Assembly (NCBI GenBank): GCA_904424815.1
Contig: CAJGBI010000001.1
Coordinates: 391,010-423,009 of the forward strand
DNA: 32,000 nt
Direction: 5' to 3'
From: Puniceicoccaceae bacterium Marseille-Q1082
GTDB taxonomy: Bacteria; Verrucomicrobiota; Verrucomicrobiia; Opitutales; Intestinicryptomonadaceae
Shown here piece by piece: positions 7,513 to 16,416 of the stretch; position 1 is the first letter of the stretch; the number at the start of each line of letters is the position of its first letter. The translations under genes and the position numbers were made by a program. Under the pieces are notes generated by a model, which was not told where the DNA came from, did no database searches, and was given only the letters and a program-made list of their open reading frames with translations.

Positions 7513-10500
7513 TCAGTTTCCCCTCTTTTTGAACAGGGATTTTATTATGGAGCTTCCGAGCTCCCGAACGGCGTTTGCCGAGCCGTCGGAATCCTTTGAG
7601 CGCCTGCCGAGCAGCGCCTGCATGAGGTCGTTTTCGGGTTTCGATACCGTCCCGTAGATTTTGAACGAGAGCGCGTCGTAGGCGTTTTCGACCTTTTGGG
7701 ATTTTTCCCTTGCGAATCCCGCCGACGTGAAAACCTTGCGCGCGGGCGTGTCGAACGCGAATATGCTGACCGGAATGTCGAGCCCGTAGTCGGAGAACGG
7801 CGCGTCGGGGTTGAAGAGAACCGCGCCGCTCGACGCGCTCAGGAGGATGTCGGGCGTCTTCACGACGGCCGATGATATGTCGAAGTCGTACGTCTCGGGG
7901 CCGCGAGAGATTTTGAAGTCCACGGATTCGTATTCGAGCTTCGAGAGCATTTTCACCAGATCCCCTATTCCGGAAATCGCCCCGTCGTTTTTGTCGAGTA
8001 TCGCGCCGGTGATTTTGAGCGCCGTTCCCGCAATATCCGCAGTAGCCCCCGCAGCGGTGTCGGGGGAGAGCAGGCGGAGGACGCCGCCGGAGCTTTTCAG
8101 CGACGCCGTTCCCGTCAGGTATTTGAAGAGGTGCGACGCGTTGTTGCCGCTTCCGCGCGCCGATATGGAGGCTTCAAATACGCCGCTTATCGGAGGGTTT
8201 TTTGCGTCGGCGAATATTTTGGACGCCTCGAAATTTTTGAGCCGCGCGGACATCGCGGGGATTTTGTACGGAATCTCCGCGTTTGCGTCAAACGAGGCTT
8301 CAAGCTCGCCCGTCAGCGACGCCCCGAGCGCCTCGGCCTTTGAGAGTTTGAGCGAAAGGCCGGACTCGTCGGAGACGAAAGACGCCTCGGCTCCGGAGAG
8401 AACCGCGCGGGAGTCCATGAACACGGTTCCGATTTTCGCGCGGGCGCCGATTTTCTTCCCGAAATGCCAGAAAGCCTTCGAGTCTTTCGCGGCGAAAATG
8501 TCCGCCCTCTCGCCGTTTTGCGCGGGCTTCGGCGCCGCCTCCGCGGGGCGCGCGATTTTTTTCCTGCCCGTCCGCGCGCTTTCCGCCGCCGCCTGCGCCG
8601 CCTCCGCGTTCGGGTTGGAAAACGCCTTGGAGAGCAGCATAAGGTCTTCTACAACGGCGGTTTTGGCGTCGGCTTCAACCTTTAAAACTTCGCCGTCGGA
8701 AATTTTTACCGATGCTTCCGTGCGCCCCCGCGAACTGTTTGCGGCGAACTTCGCCGAGGCGCGCGAAAATTTGAAGCCTCCGTCAAACGGCAGCTCGACG
8801 GCCGCGGTCGCGTTGTCGAGCGCGCCCTCCACGGAGCGGGTTTTCAGGTTGTCCAGGCGGATTTGCGCGGAGGCGGAATTTTTGTCCGCGCGCGCCTTGA
8901 CCGACGCGTTGCCGGAGGAGAGGTTTGCGAATTTTACGAGCGCCGGCTGCGCGAGCAGGGCGGGGAGGGAGACGGACGCCTCAACCTCGGCGGATTTCAG
9001 CTCGAACCGCGGCTTGGCAGAGCATTCAAAAGACGCGCCCGCGACGGCGCATTCCGCGCCGCCGGAGCCCGCAACGCACTTGCCGGCGCGCGCCCAGACG
9101 CGGGTCAGGTCGAGGGCCGCGCCAGCCTCCAAGTCGGTCTTGACGGATATGTCCGCAAACATCGTCCGCCCGTCTTTTCTGTAATAAAGCGACTTTACCG
9201 AGGCGTTCGCGCTCGCGGAAACCGAAGATTCGTCGGGCATGGAGAGCGTCCCCTCCACCGAGACGGACTCCGCGTCCACGCCCGCGGCGAACGGCTTTAT
9301 CGGCGCGAACGGGAAATCCGCTGCCTCGAATTTCGCGACGGTTTTAGATTTCGCGGATATTTTTTTCGTTTGCAGGTCGAAGCCGATTTCGCCCGCGTCG
9401 GAGATTTTCGCCATGCGCTTTCCCGCCTTGTCGAAAGCCTCGAACGAAAAGCCCTCGATCGCCGCCGTTCCTCCGCCGAAGCGCGCGCGCAGCGAGGAAT
9501 CGACGGAAATATGGTATTCTTTCAGGTTTGCGACGGAGTAGATTTTTGTGGCGAACGGGTCTATCGAGCCTTTGAGAGAGGCTTCCGCAAAAACGCTTTC
9601 CCCCGACTTGCGCGCGGAGATTTTGAGCGTCGCGGAGTCGTCGAGCGAGTCCCCCGCCTGCAGTTCGGCGGCGGCGTCGAAGTTTCCGCCGAAGTCGGTC
9701 TGCGCGGAGAGCGAGAGGGTCGCCCCGATATTTTTTACAAAGTCCTCTCCGCCCTTTGAGAGGCTCAAGCCGGAGACCGCGAACGGCGACGGGGTTTTGA
9801 GGAAAATCTTTTTGCCGTCGGTTTCCACAGAGAGCCTGCCGGATATGTCGGACGACGAAAATTCCATGCCCTTTGCGAAATGCGCGGGAATTTTTGCGGG
9901 GACGACCGCGACGCACTCGATCTTCCCGCGCGGAATTTCGCCGGACTCCGCGCCCGAAAGGGGGATTTTTACGGGCGCGGACAGCTCCGCCGAAACGAGG
10001 CTCTTCGGCCCCTCGGAGAGTATCGCCGAAAATTTCTCGACATTCGCGCTTCCGCCGCCCATAGAGCCGGAGATTTCGCCCGACAACACGCAAGGCCCGA
10101 GGAATCCGAGCTTTTCGGAGATCGACGCGGGCGACGGAAAGTCTATTTTGAACGACCCGTCGGCGCGGGCGGATTTTCCGTAGCCGGAGTATTTTATTTT
10201 TGCGAAAACCGCGGACTTGAACTGCGGAAGCTTTCCGAGCAGGGATTTGAACGCCGCGAAGTCGGCGTCGGAGGCGTCGGCGCGCGCGGTTGCCGAACCC
10301 TCCGAAAAGTCCGCGGAAAACTCGCCCTCAAACGCCGCGAGCCTCGAGTTTTTGCGCAGGATTTCGACCGCGATTTTCGGGCCGTTTTGCGCCCTGCCTG
10401 TCGACATTTTCGCCGATATTTCCTCGCGTCCGAAATCGGGGGATTCGGCGGAAATTTTGGCGTCCGCGGCGCCCGATACGGGTTTCAGTCCCCGTTCTAT

Positions 10501-11049
10501 TTTGAGGCCGGCGACGGAGAGTTCGGCGGAGACTTTTGAGCCGTCCGGCGCGAGAATCGCGGCGTCGGCCTTCAGGCTGCCGAGGCTGAATCCCCATTCC
10601 GAAAGCGTTTGCAGGGCGGACGGGGAATTTTCTTTTCCTCCTGCGGGCGCGCTTTTTTCGGCGGGCGGCTTTTGCGCCTCCGCCTGCGCGGGCTTTCGGG
10701 TTTCCCGCGCGGGCGCGCCCGCCGCCTTTCCCGGGGCGAGCTTTACCACAAGCCCCTCGACCTGCGCGGATTCAACGTCTGCGTTTTTTGAGAGCAGCCC
10801 CGCGAGGGAATATTTTATTTTCGCCGATTTCAGGGAGATTTCCGCGCCGTCGGGCAGGAAGAGCCGCAGGCCCTCCGCTTCCGCGCCGCCCAGTCCCGCG
10901 CGGACGGATTGAAGTTCGGAGCCCGGGAATTTTTCCCTCAAAACGGGCGACACCGCCATGGTTTGCAGCGCCGCGCTGTTTAAAAACGCGATTAAAACCG
11001 CGGCGATTGCCGCCAGTAGAATGCCGATAGCGATAAATGCCCTTTTCAT
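7513..11049 (-). CDS. AsmA-family / TamB-like giant envelope protein (1178 aa, N-terminal membrane anchor)
   Basis: Single uninterrupted 1178-aa ORF. It has an N-terminal signal-anchor helix (MKRAFIAIGILLAAIAAVLIAFL) and a long Ala/Ser-rich body of alternating pattern typical of beta-rich AsmA/TamB-like proteins. The C-terminal block FKIYGTVSKPENDL resembles the conserved AsmA-like C-terminal motif. The start ATG overlaps the upstream gene's TGA (ATGA at 11049-11046). The family call is from motif memory, not an HMM. Confidence 0.65.
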   Translation of the reverse strand: MKRAFIAIGILLAAIAAVLIAFLNSAALQTMAVSPVLREKFPGSELQSVRAGLGGAEAEGLRLFLPDGAEISLKSAKIKYSLAGLLSKNADVESAQVEGLVVKLAPGKAAGAPARETRKPAQAEAQKPPAEKSAPAGGKENSPSALQTLSEWGFSLGSLKADAAILAPDGSKVSAELSVAGLKIERGLKPVSGAADAKISAESPDFGREEISAKMSTGRAQNGPKIAVEILRKNSRLAAFEGEFSADFSEGSATARADASDADFAAFKSLLGKLPQFKSAVFAKIKYSGYGKSARADGSFKIDFPSPASISEKLGFLGPCVLSGEISGSMGGGSANVEKFSAILSEGPKSLVSAELSAPVKIPLSGAESGEIPRGKIECVAVVPAKIPAHFAKGMEFSSSDISGRLSVETDGKKIFLKTPSPFAVSGLSLSKGGEDFVKNIGATLSLSAQTDFGGNFDAAAELQAGDSLDDSATLKISARKSGESVFAEASLKGSIDPFATKIYSVANLKEYHISVDSSLRARFGGGTAAIEGFSFEAFDKAGKRMAKISDAGEIGFDLQTKKISAKSKTVAKFEAADFPFAPIKPFAAGVDAESVSVEGTLSMPDESSVSASANASVKSLYYRKDGRTMFADISVKTDLEAGAALDLTRVWARAGKCVAGSGGAECAVAGASFECSAKPRFELKSAEVEASVSLPALLAQPALVKFANLSSGNASVKARADKNSASAQIRLDNLKTRSVEGALDNATAAVELPFDGGFKFSRASAKFAANSSRGRTEASVKISDGEVLKVEADAKTAVVEDLMLLSKAFSNPNAEAAQAAAESARTGRKKIARPAEAAPKPAQNGERADIFAAKDSKAFWHFGKKIGARAKIGTVFMDSRAVLSGAEASFVSDESGLSLKLSKAEALGASLTGELEASFDANAEIPYKIPAMSARLKNFEASKIFADAKNPPISGVFEASISARGSGNNASHLFKYLTGTASLKSSGGVLRLLSPDTAAGATADIAGTALKITGAILDKNDGAISGIGDLVKMLSKLEYESVDFKISRGPETYDFDISSAVVKTPDILLSASSGAVLFNPDAPFSDYGLDIPVSIFAFDTPARKVFTSAGFAREKSQKVENAYDALSFKIYGTVSKPENDLMQALLGRRSKDSDGSANAVRELGSSIIKSLFKKRGN

Positions 11050-12653
11050 TGCGCGATTTTTTCAAAGAGTTTTCTCTTTATGAATACGGTGAGAACCACA
11101 TTTTTTCTGAGCCCGAAATATTCGGACACATAGCCGGAGTCGCCGAGCATTTTTCCGACTTTCTCGGCGGCTTCGGGCGAGCACGCGACCACCACCTCAA
11201 AGTCTTTCAGATTTTCCGGAACGCCGTCGCCCCAGAAACCCGCGTTGGGGTAGTTGCGCAGGTCCCAAGGCGCTGGCCACGGCGACTCCCCGCCGGCTAC
11301 GAACGCCATTGGAATGTCCGCGCCGTAATCCGATACCCTTTCGGCGTCGGCGATTCTCGATAGCAGGTTTTTGTAGTCGCTTACTGTGTGCGAGAGTATC
11401 ATCGGGTTGCGCGGGTCGTGGGGGTAGGCGACCGCCGCGTTGCGCGAAAGCCTGAACTGCCAGTATCCGAGCGCGCACAGCGCGGCGAACGCCGGAATCC
11501 ACGCTGCGGCCTTGCGGCTTTCAATAAGCGCGGCGGCTGCGTAGCCGGCGGGCGCGCACATTAGCGCCATCGGCGAGAGCAGAAGCCACGGGGTCTTGTA
11601 GGAAAGGCAGCTCAGGACGGCGATTTGTAGCGCGGCGGCAATGGCGCAGAAAATTATGTACGCCGCCGCGCGCCGCGTGTCCGGTTCGCCGCCGCGCGCA
11701 AGGCGCGCCGCGGCGAGGGCTGTTCCCGCGCAGAACAGCGCTGAAATCGGCAGCTCCCCGAACCACGCGCCCTCGGACTTGGACGCGAACAGCAGGCGCA
11801 GGTAATACCAGAAAGGCTCGCGGAAATCGGCGCTCGCCGACTTTCCGGCAAAGTGCCCGTACGCCAGAAAGGCGTCCATTATCCCGCGCGGGTTGGAGCC
11901 GAACGACGAGTAAAACGCGCAGAATACGGCCAGGAACGCCGCGCAGAACGCGGCGAAGAAAGCCGCGGTTTTTTTCGGCCCGAGCCCGAATAGGTTTTTC
12001 CTGAAATCGGGGAGGATTGCGAGCGCGGCGGCGGACGAGATGAAGAGCGCGAAGAACGCTATTACGGAAGTCTCCTTGGTCGCCTGCGCCAGCCCCGCGA
12101 ACGCGCCGGCGAGAGCGGCGCGCCGGAGGGTTGGAGCCTTGAAAAACGCCCATAAGAACTGCGCGGCCGCGAAAACCGCCGCGGCGAAAATTATCTCGTG
12201 CACGAAATACCCCGCGTAGATGCAGGACAGCCCGGAGAGCGCGAAGCACGCGCACGCCCACCACGCGGCGGCCCTTCCCGCGAACGCGCCGAACAGATAG
12301 CACAGGAATATGAATACCAGCCACGGCGCGAGAAGTTTTCTCAGCGTATCGAGCGAGATCCCGTCGCTTTTCGACTGGACGGGGGTGTCGTGGGGAATGT
12401 TGGCCTCCTGCGCCATGTCGAAATTTTTCAGCGCGGGAAATTGGTAGCATGCGTAGGCGTAATAGTAGAGCGAGGGCCCGTGGGGGCCGTTCGGGTTGTA
12501 TTTATATTTTTCGCCGCACAGCATGTCGGCGAAAGTCGACGCCTGCTCGGCCTCGTCCGCGTGCGCGACCCTGGCGGAAATGTTGCTTTCGCGCATGAAG
12601 ACCGACGCCGCAAACGCGGCGGCCGCCGCCGCTATGCAGAGTGCCCGCTTCAT
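11046..12653 (-). CDS. Polytopic GT-C-fold membrane protein, ArnT/PMT (GT39)-like; resembles proteins labelled TIGR03663 family
   Basis: The 535-aa ORF has many predicted TM helices (for example LAPWLVFIFLCYLFGAF, IIFAAAVFAAAQFLWAFF) followed by a soluble C-terminal domain. Blocks HGPSLYYY, FWYYLRLL, SYKTPWLLL and ESPWPAPWDLRNYPNAGFW recall the GT39-like TIGR03663 group. This assignment is from memory and needs HMM confirmation. Confidence 0.6.
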   Translation of the reverse strand: MKRALCIAAAAAAFAASVFMRESNISARVAHADEAEQASTFADMLCGEKYKYNPNGPHGPSLYYYAYACYQFPALKNFDMAQEANIPHDTPVQSKSDGISLDTLRKLLAPWLVFIFLCYLFGAFAGRAAAWWACACFALSGLSCIYAGYFVHEIIFAAAVFAAAQFLWAFFKAPTLRRAALAGAFAGLAQATKETSVIAFFALFISSAAALAILPDFRKNLFGLGPKKTAAFFAAFCAAFLAVFCAFYSSFGSNPRGIMDAFLAYGHFAGKSASADFREPFWYYLRLLFASKSEGAWFGELPISALFCAGTALAAARLARGGEPDTRRAAAYIIFCAIAAALQIAVLSCLSYKTPWLLLSPMALMCAPAGYAAAALIESRKAAAWIPAFAALCALGYWQFRLSRNAAVAYPHDPRNPMILSHTVSDYKNLLSRIADAERVSDYGADIPMAFVAGGESPWPAPWDLRNYPNAGFWGDGVPENLKDFEVVVACSPEAAEKVGKMLGDSGYVSEYFGLRKNVVLTVFIKRKLFEKIAQ

Positions 12654-12659
12654 CGCCTG

Positions 12660-13070
12660 TCAGGGGTTTTCGTCGAACGCCTTCAATAGGACGTCCGCGT
12701 ATTCGCGCGGCGGCTTTACCGGCAGCCCCTCCGAGTTCACGAACACGTGGACGGTTTGGGCTTCGGCGAGCAAAACCGAATTCGCCGTTATCCTGTACTC
12801 TATTTTTATTTTTACGCCGGGGCGCTCGACTATCGCGCTTTCGATTTCCACCGTGTCGCCGAATTTCGCGGGGCGGCGGTATTTGACATGGGCCTCGACA
12901 ACCGGCAGGTGGAAGCCGCGCGCGGACATTTCGGCGTAGTCGAGCCCCACGCCCTCGATGAGAGCGAGCCTCGCGCATTCGCACCACGGCAGATAGTTGG
13001 CGTGGTAGACGACCCCCATCGCGTCGGTTTCCGCGAAGCGCACCTTCTGAGATGTCTTTGCCTTAATCAT
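12660..13070 (-). CDS. Acyl-CoA thioesterase, YbgC/4HBT (hotdog-fold) family
   Basis: The 136-aa ORF carries the canonical N-terminal block VRFAETDAMGVVYHANYLPW (catalytic Asp in the xxDxxGxVxxxxY context) and hotdog-fold length. The start ATG (13070-13068) overlaps the end of lysA by 8 nt (ATGATTAA). Confidence 0.85.
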   Translation of the reverse strand: MIKAKTSQKVRFAETDAMGVVYHANYLPWCECARLALIEGVGLDYAEMSARGFHLPVVEAHVKYRRPAKFGDTVEIESAIVERPGVKIKIEYRITANSVLLAEAQTVHVFVNSEGLPVKPPREYADVLLKAFDENP

Positions 13071-14319
13071 CCTGAATTTCGTTTTCCAGAATCTGCGCGA
13101 GCGTCTGGCGCCTGCGAATGAGCCTCAGAGAGCCGTCCGCTTTCAGCATGACCTCGGGCGAGGCGGGATAGGAGTTGTAGTTTTGCGCGCACATTGAGGC
13201 GCAGTACGCGCCCGCGCCACCTATGGCGCAGAAGTCGCCGATGTGCGCGCGCCGCATTTTGCGAGGGGAGAGGCCCTCGGGGTCGCCCGCGGCGGGGGTG
13301 AGGATGTCGCCGCTCTCGCAGCAGTGGCCCGAGACAATGTATTCCTCCTCGGCGGGGTCGGGCGTTTTTTGGAGTATGCAAATGGGGTGTTGGGCGCCGT
13401 AGAGCGACGGGCGGAGAATGTCCGTCATGCCGGCGTCGAGCTTCAGGAATTTGTAGCCGCCTTCGCCCGTGTCGCAAATGTCCTGGACCCTCGCGAGCAC
13501 CGCCGCGCAGTTCGCAACGAGGAAAGTGCCTGGCTCGATTTCAAAATGCAGTTTTCTGCCCGTCCTCGCGGCGAACTTCTCCACGAGCTTTGCGACGGGC
13601 TCCCCGATTTCCGCAAGATCCGTGGATTTTTCCCCGTCGACCCTGGCGACTTTGTAGCCGCCGCCCATGTTGAGGGTAACGGCGTCGGGGAATAGCTCTG
13701 CGGTTCCGAGGCTCATCTCGGCGACTTTCCTCCACACGAGCGGGTCGGAGCCCGAGCCTATGTGCGTGTGGATTCTGACGATTTTCAGCCCGTGGCGGGC
13801 GGCGGTTTCCATTATCTGCGGAATGTAGTCTTTCCAGATCCCGAAGCTCGAGGCCGGGCCGCCGACGTTCGTGCGGTTGGTGCCACCGGAGCCGAGGCCC
13901 GGGTTTATGCGCACCCCGACTTCCGCGCCCGGGTTCGCCCTGCCGAATTCGTCGAGCTGCAGGAGCGAGCAGGCGTTGTATTTCACCCCCGCGCGCGCGA
14001 GTTCCGCGAGGTTTTCCGGCAGCTGCTGCGAGGAAAGGGAAATGCGTCCGGCGGGAATCCCCGCGAGCATTGCGCGCTCGACCTCGTGCGCGCTTGATGC
14101 GTCGATGTGAAGCCCGAGGGAGTCGAACAGCCGCAAAATGGCGCGGTTGGAGGACGCCTTCATCGCGAACCTCACCGTCAGCCCGAAGGCGTTGGGGAAG
14201 GCGAGCGCCTTTTTCGCCTGCGCGACGAGGGCGGCCTCGTCGTAAACGTAGCAGGGCGTGGAATACTTTTCGGCGATTTTCTGCGCCGTTTCAAATGTCA
14301 GAAATCCGGATTTTTCCAT
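13063..14319 (-). CDS. lysA: Diaminopimelate decarboxylase
   Basis: The 418-aa ORF shows the fold-type III PLP decarboxylase pattern: TPCYVYDE, FAMKASSN (PLP lysine), HIGSG, GGGY, CESGD, GAYCASM. Length and blocks fit the LysA group rather than ornithine or arginine decarboxylases, but this call is by motif only. Confidence 0.85.
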   Translation of the reverse strand: MEKSGFLTFETAQKIAEKYSTPCYVYDEAALVAQAKKALAFPNAFGLTVRFAMKASSNRAILRLFDSLGLHIDASSAHEVERAMLAGIPAGRISLSSQQLPENLAELARAGVKYNACSLLQLDEFGRANPGAEVGVRINPGLGSGGTNRTNVGGPASSFGIWKDYIPQIMETAARHGLKIVRIHTHIGSGSDPLVWRKVAEMSLGTAELFPDAVTLNMGGGYKVARVDGEKSTDLAEIGEPVAKLVEKFAARTGRKLHFEIEPGTFLVANCAAVLARVQDICDTGEGGYKFLKLDAGMTDILRPSLYGAQHPICILQKTPDPAEEEYIVSGHCCESGDILTPAAGDPEGLSPRKMRRAHIGDFCAIGGAGAYCASMCAQNYNSYPASPEVMLKADGSLRLIRRRQTLAQILENEIQDD

Positions 14320-14346
14320 GCGTTTTTTAATTCGCGAACTATTGCA

Positions 14347-16044
14347 CTATCTCGCCGCTTTGTCAACCGCTTCAATGACCCCGGATTCCGTGAGTATCGC
14401 GGGCAGCACGGCGGGCGGCTTCGAGAGGTCGGGCGGGTAGACGAGGTTCAGGGGAACCCCCGCGCGCCCGAATTTTGCGAGCTCGCGCGAAATTAGCGGG
14501 TCTTTGTTCGTCCAGTCGCCCACGAGCGTCGAAACGCCGCGCGCCTTCATAGCCTCCGCAACCCTTTGGGAATTCAGCACGGTTTTGTTGTATTGGCACG
14601 TCAGGCACCACGAAGCGGTAAAATCGACGTACACGATTTTTCCGCTTTTGCGCAGCTCCTCGACTTTCTGTGGCGACCAGGCGTTTTCCGCGTCCGCGGG
14701 CGCGCCGCCGCGGGAATCCCCCGGAAGCGCCATCCAAAGGGCGAGGGCGGCGGATATTGCGCACGCGGCGAGGGCGGCGCGGCGCGTCTTGCGCCCGAAA
14801 TGCGGCATATAGTAGAGCCCGTAAATGCGCAAGCCGACGGCGAGGGCGAGCGCCGCCGACATTATGCGCGCGGGCGAGCCCGTCTGCTCGCAGTATACCC
14901 ACGCAAGCCATATCGCCGACGCGAAGAGCGGAACGGAGAGAATTTGCTTTAACGTCTCCATCCACGCCCCCGGGCGGGGCATTTTTTTTGCGAGCCCCGG
15001 GAGCGCCGAAAGCATGACGTACGGGAACGCCATTCCGATTCCGAGAGCCGCGAATATCGAGAAGGTGAATGCGGCGGAGGCGTCCGCCGCGAGAGCGGCG
15101 CCCACCGCCGCCCCCATGAACGGGGCGGTGCAGGGGCTCGCCACCAGAACCGCGAGAACCCCAGAGAGCGCGGCGGAAGCGTATTTGTTGCGGCTTTTTT
15201 CGGAGGAAATTCCGCCGGCGAATCCCGCGCCGATTTCAAACGCCCCCGCGAAACTCAGCGCCATCGCAAAGAACAGCAGCGCCATCGCCGCCGAGAATGC
15301 CGGATTTTGAAGCTGGAATCCCCACCCGAGCTCCGAGCCCGCCGCCCTCAGCGCGACCAACGCCCCCGCGAGCGCGAGGAACGACGCGAGTATCCCGCCG
15401 GAATACGCGAAAGCCCCGAGGATAGAGGCGCGCCTGTCGGAGGCGTGCGAGGCGAAAGAGAGAATTTTTATCCCTATCACCGGAAAAACGCACGGCATAA
15501 GGTTTAAAATCGCCCCGCCCGCGAATGCGGCAAGCAGCGCGGCGATCCACCCGCCGGAGGGGGGGGCGGTTTCTGCGGGCGAAGGGGAATCCGCGGCGGG
15601 CAGGTCGAAGGAAAAGCCCTTTTTAACGGGCACGCACATGTCGGAGCACGCGAGCATATCGACTTCCGCGGAGGCTTTCGCCGTTTTTCCGCCCTTTGCG
15701 AATTTTTCCGGCGCGCGGATTGCGGCGCGGGCGGTGAAGTCGCCGGAGTATCCCTCGGACTTCATTCCGAAAAACTCGAAATTCGTCGGCTTTGGCCATT
15801 CGAGCGATTCGAGGCGGTAGCCGTCGGGGAGTTTCAGGGATACGGTCGTCGGGCTGCCGTTTTCGGAGGGTTTGCTCGAATAGATATGCTCGTTCGGCGG
15901 GATTTTGAAATTGAAGTCTATGTAAAACGCGCCGCCTTCGGCCGGAATACCCGCGGCGGCTGACACGTCGGCCGCGTCAGCGCAGACGGCGAACGCCGCC
16001 GCGCCCGCCGCCGCGGCAAATTTTTTAAGCAAACGCAAAATCAT
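14347..16044 (-). CDS. dsbD: Thiol:disulfide interchange protein DsbD (N-terminal alpha domain, TM core, C-terminal thioredoxin domain)
   Basis: 565-aa ORF with a signal peptide (MILRLLKKFAAAAGAAAFAVCADA) and a periplasmic N-domain Cys pair (LACSDMCVP). The TM core has the two conserved Cys blocks (LMPCVFPVIGIK and ASPCTAPFMG). The C-terminal thioredoxin fold has WCLTCQ. Confidence 0.85.
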   Translation of the reverse strand: MILRLLKKFAAAAGAAAFAVCADAADVSAAAGIPAEGGAFYIDFNFKIPPNEHIYSSKPSENGSPTTVSLKLPDGYRLESLEWPKPTNFEFFGMKSEGYSGDFTARAAIRAPEKFAKGGKTAKASAEVDMLACSDMCVPVKKGFSFDLPAADSPSPAETAPPSGGWIAALLAAFAGGAILNLMPCVFPVIGIKILSFASHASDRRASILGAFAYSGGILASFLALAGALVALRAAGSELGWGFQLQNPAFSAAMALLFFAMALSFAGAFEIGAGFAGGISSEKSRNKYASAALSGVLAVLVASPCTAPFMGAAVGAALAADASAAFTFSIFAALGIGMAFPYVMLSALPGLAKKMPRPGAWMETLKQILSVPLFASAIWLAWVYCEQTGSPARIMSAALALAVGLRIYGLYYMPHFGRKTRRAALAACAISAALALWMALPGDSRGGAPADAENAWSPQKVEELRKSGKIVYVDFTASWCLTCQYNKTVLNSQRVAEAMKARGVSTLVGDWTNKDPLISRELAKFGRAGVPLNLVYPPDLSKPPAVLPAILTESGVIEAVDKAAR

Positions 16045-16322
16045 GGTTTTTTAGGCTATTGCGCGGACCGCAAAGTTCAATAAATAAAAAATTCCGCTTT
16101 GATGGCTGCAAAATTCGCGCCGCAAAAGGCAGCGATAAGAAGTACGCGAAAGGTTCTAAACAAGCGCGGGCGCGGGGTGAAAGTTGGGAATTAAAAGGGG
16201 ATAAAATGCTTTTATTGCAGGTAGAACCCGAAAATTTGAAGGCAACATGCGCGCAAGTGTTAGTTTAAAAAAATAAAGCAACGGTTGCAATAAAAAGGGC
16301 GCGAATATGCCCAATGCGCGAA

Positions 16323-16381
16323 AGGCTCTAAAATTTGAAGGCAAGCGTATTAAACATACGCGCTCTCAAATTTTAGAGCCT
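16323..16381. repeat. Perfect 16-bp inverted repeat with a nested 6-bp hairpin (59-bp palindromic element)
   Basis: Left arm AGGCTCTAAAATTTGA (16323-16338) is the exact reverse complement of right arm TCAAATTTTAGAGCCT (16366-16381). The 27-nt spacer itself contains GCGTAT (16345-16350) / ATACGC (16356-16361). I verified this base by base. Confidence 0.9.
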
Positions 16382-16392
16382 GACAAAGCAGT

Positions 16393-16416
16393 GGGCGTGT
16401 TCCCGCCCTTTTTATT
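16393..16416 (+). terminator. Rho-independent terminator-like hairpin, best oriented on the plus strand
   Basis: GGGCG (16393-16397), 6-nt loop TGTTCC, CGCCC (16404-16408), then TTTTT ATT (16409-16416). On the minus strand, where it would serve the OMP gene ending at 16423, the hairpin is followed by ACTGCTTTG, which is not a U-run. The stem is short (5 bp). Confidence 0.45.

Noticed and set aside
7811-10912. Series of plus-strand ORFs (457, 298, 211, 219, 231 aa) inside the AsmA-like gene
   Set aside because: These are fragmented Ala/Ser/Arg-rich ORFs mirroring the GCN-rich codons of the opposite strand. The minus strand carries one uninterrupted 1178-aa ORF with a membrane anchor, a family-like C-terminus and start/stop coupling to its neighbours.
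6214-14319. Idea that lysA (lysine synthesis) and the SET-domain lysine methyltransferase in the same array are functionally linked
   Set aside because: SET enzymes methylate protein-bound lysine, not free lysine. The two genes are separated by four unrelated genes, so this is most likely coincidence.
16059-16268. 69-aa plus-strand ORF inside the structured dsbD-OMP intergenic region
   Set aside because: It starts at a TTG, is Lys/Arg-rich with no hydrophobic core or motif, and lies in an AT-rich region better explained as regulatory or RNA sequence. It is kept only as context for the intergenic finding.
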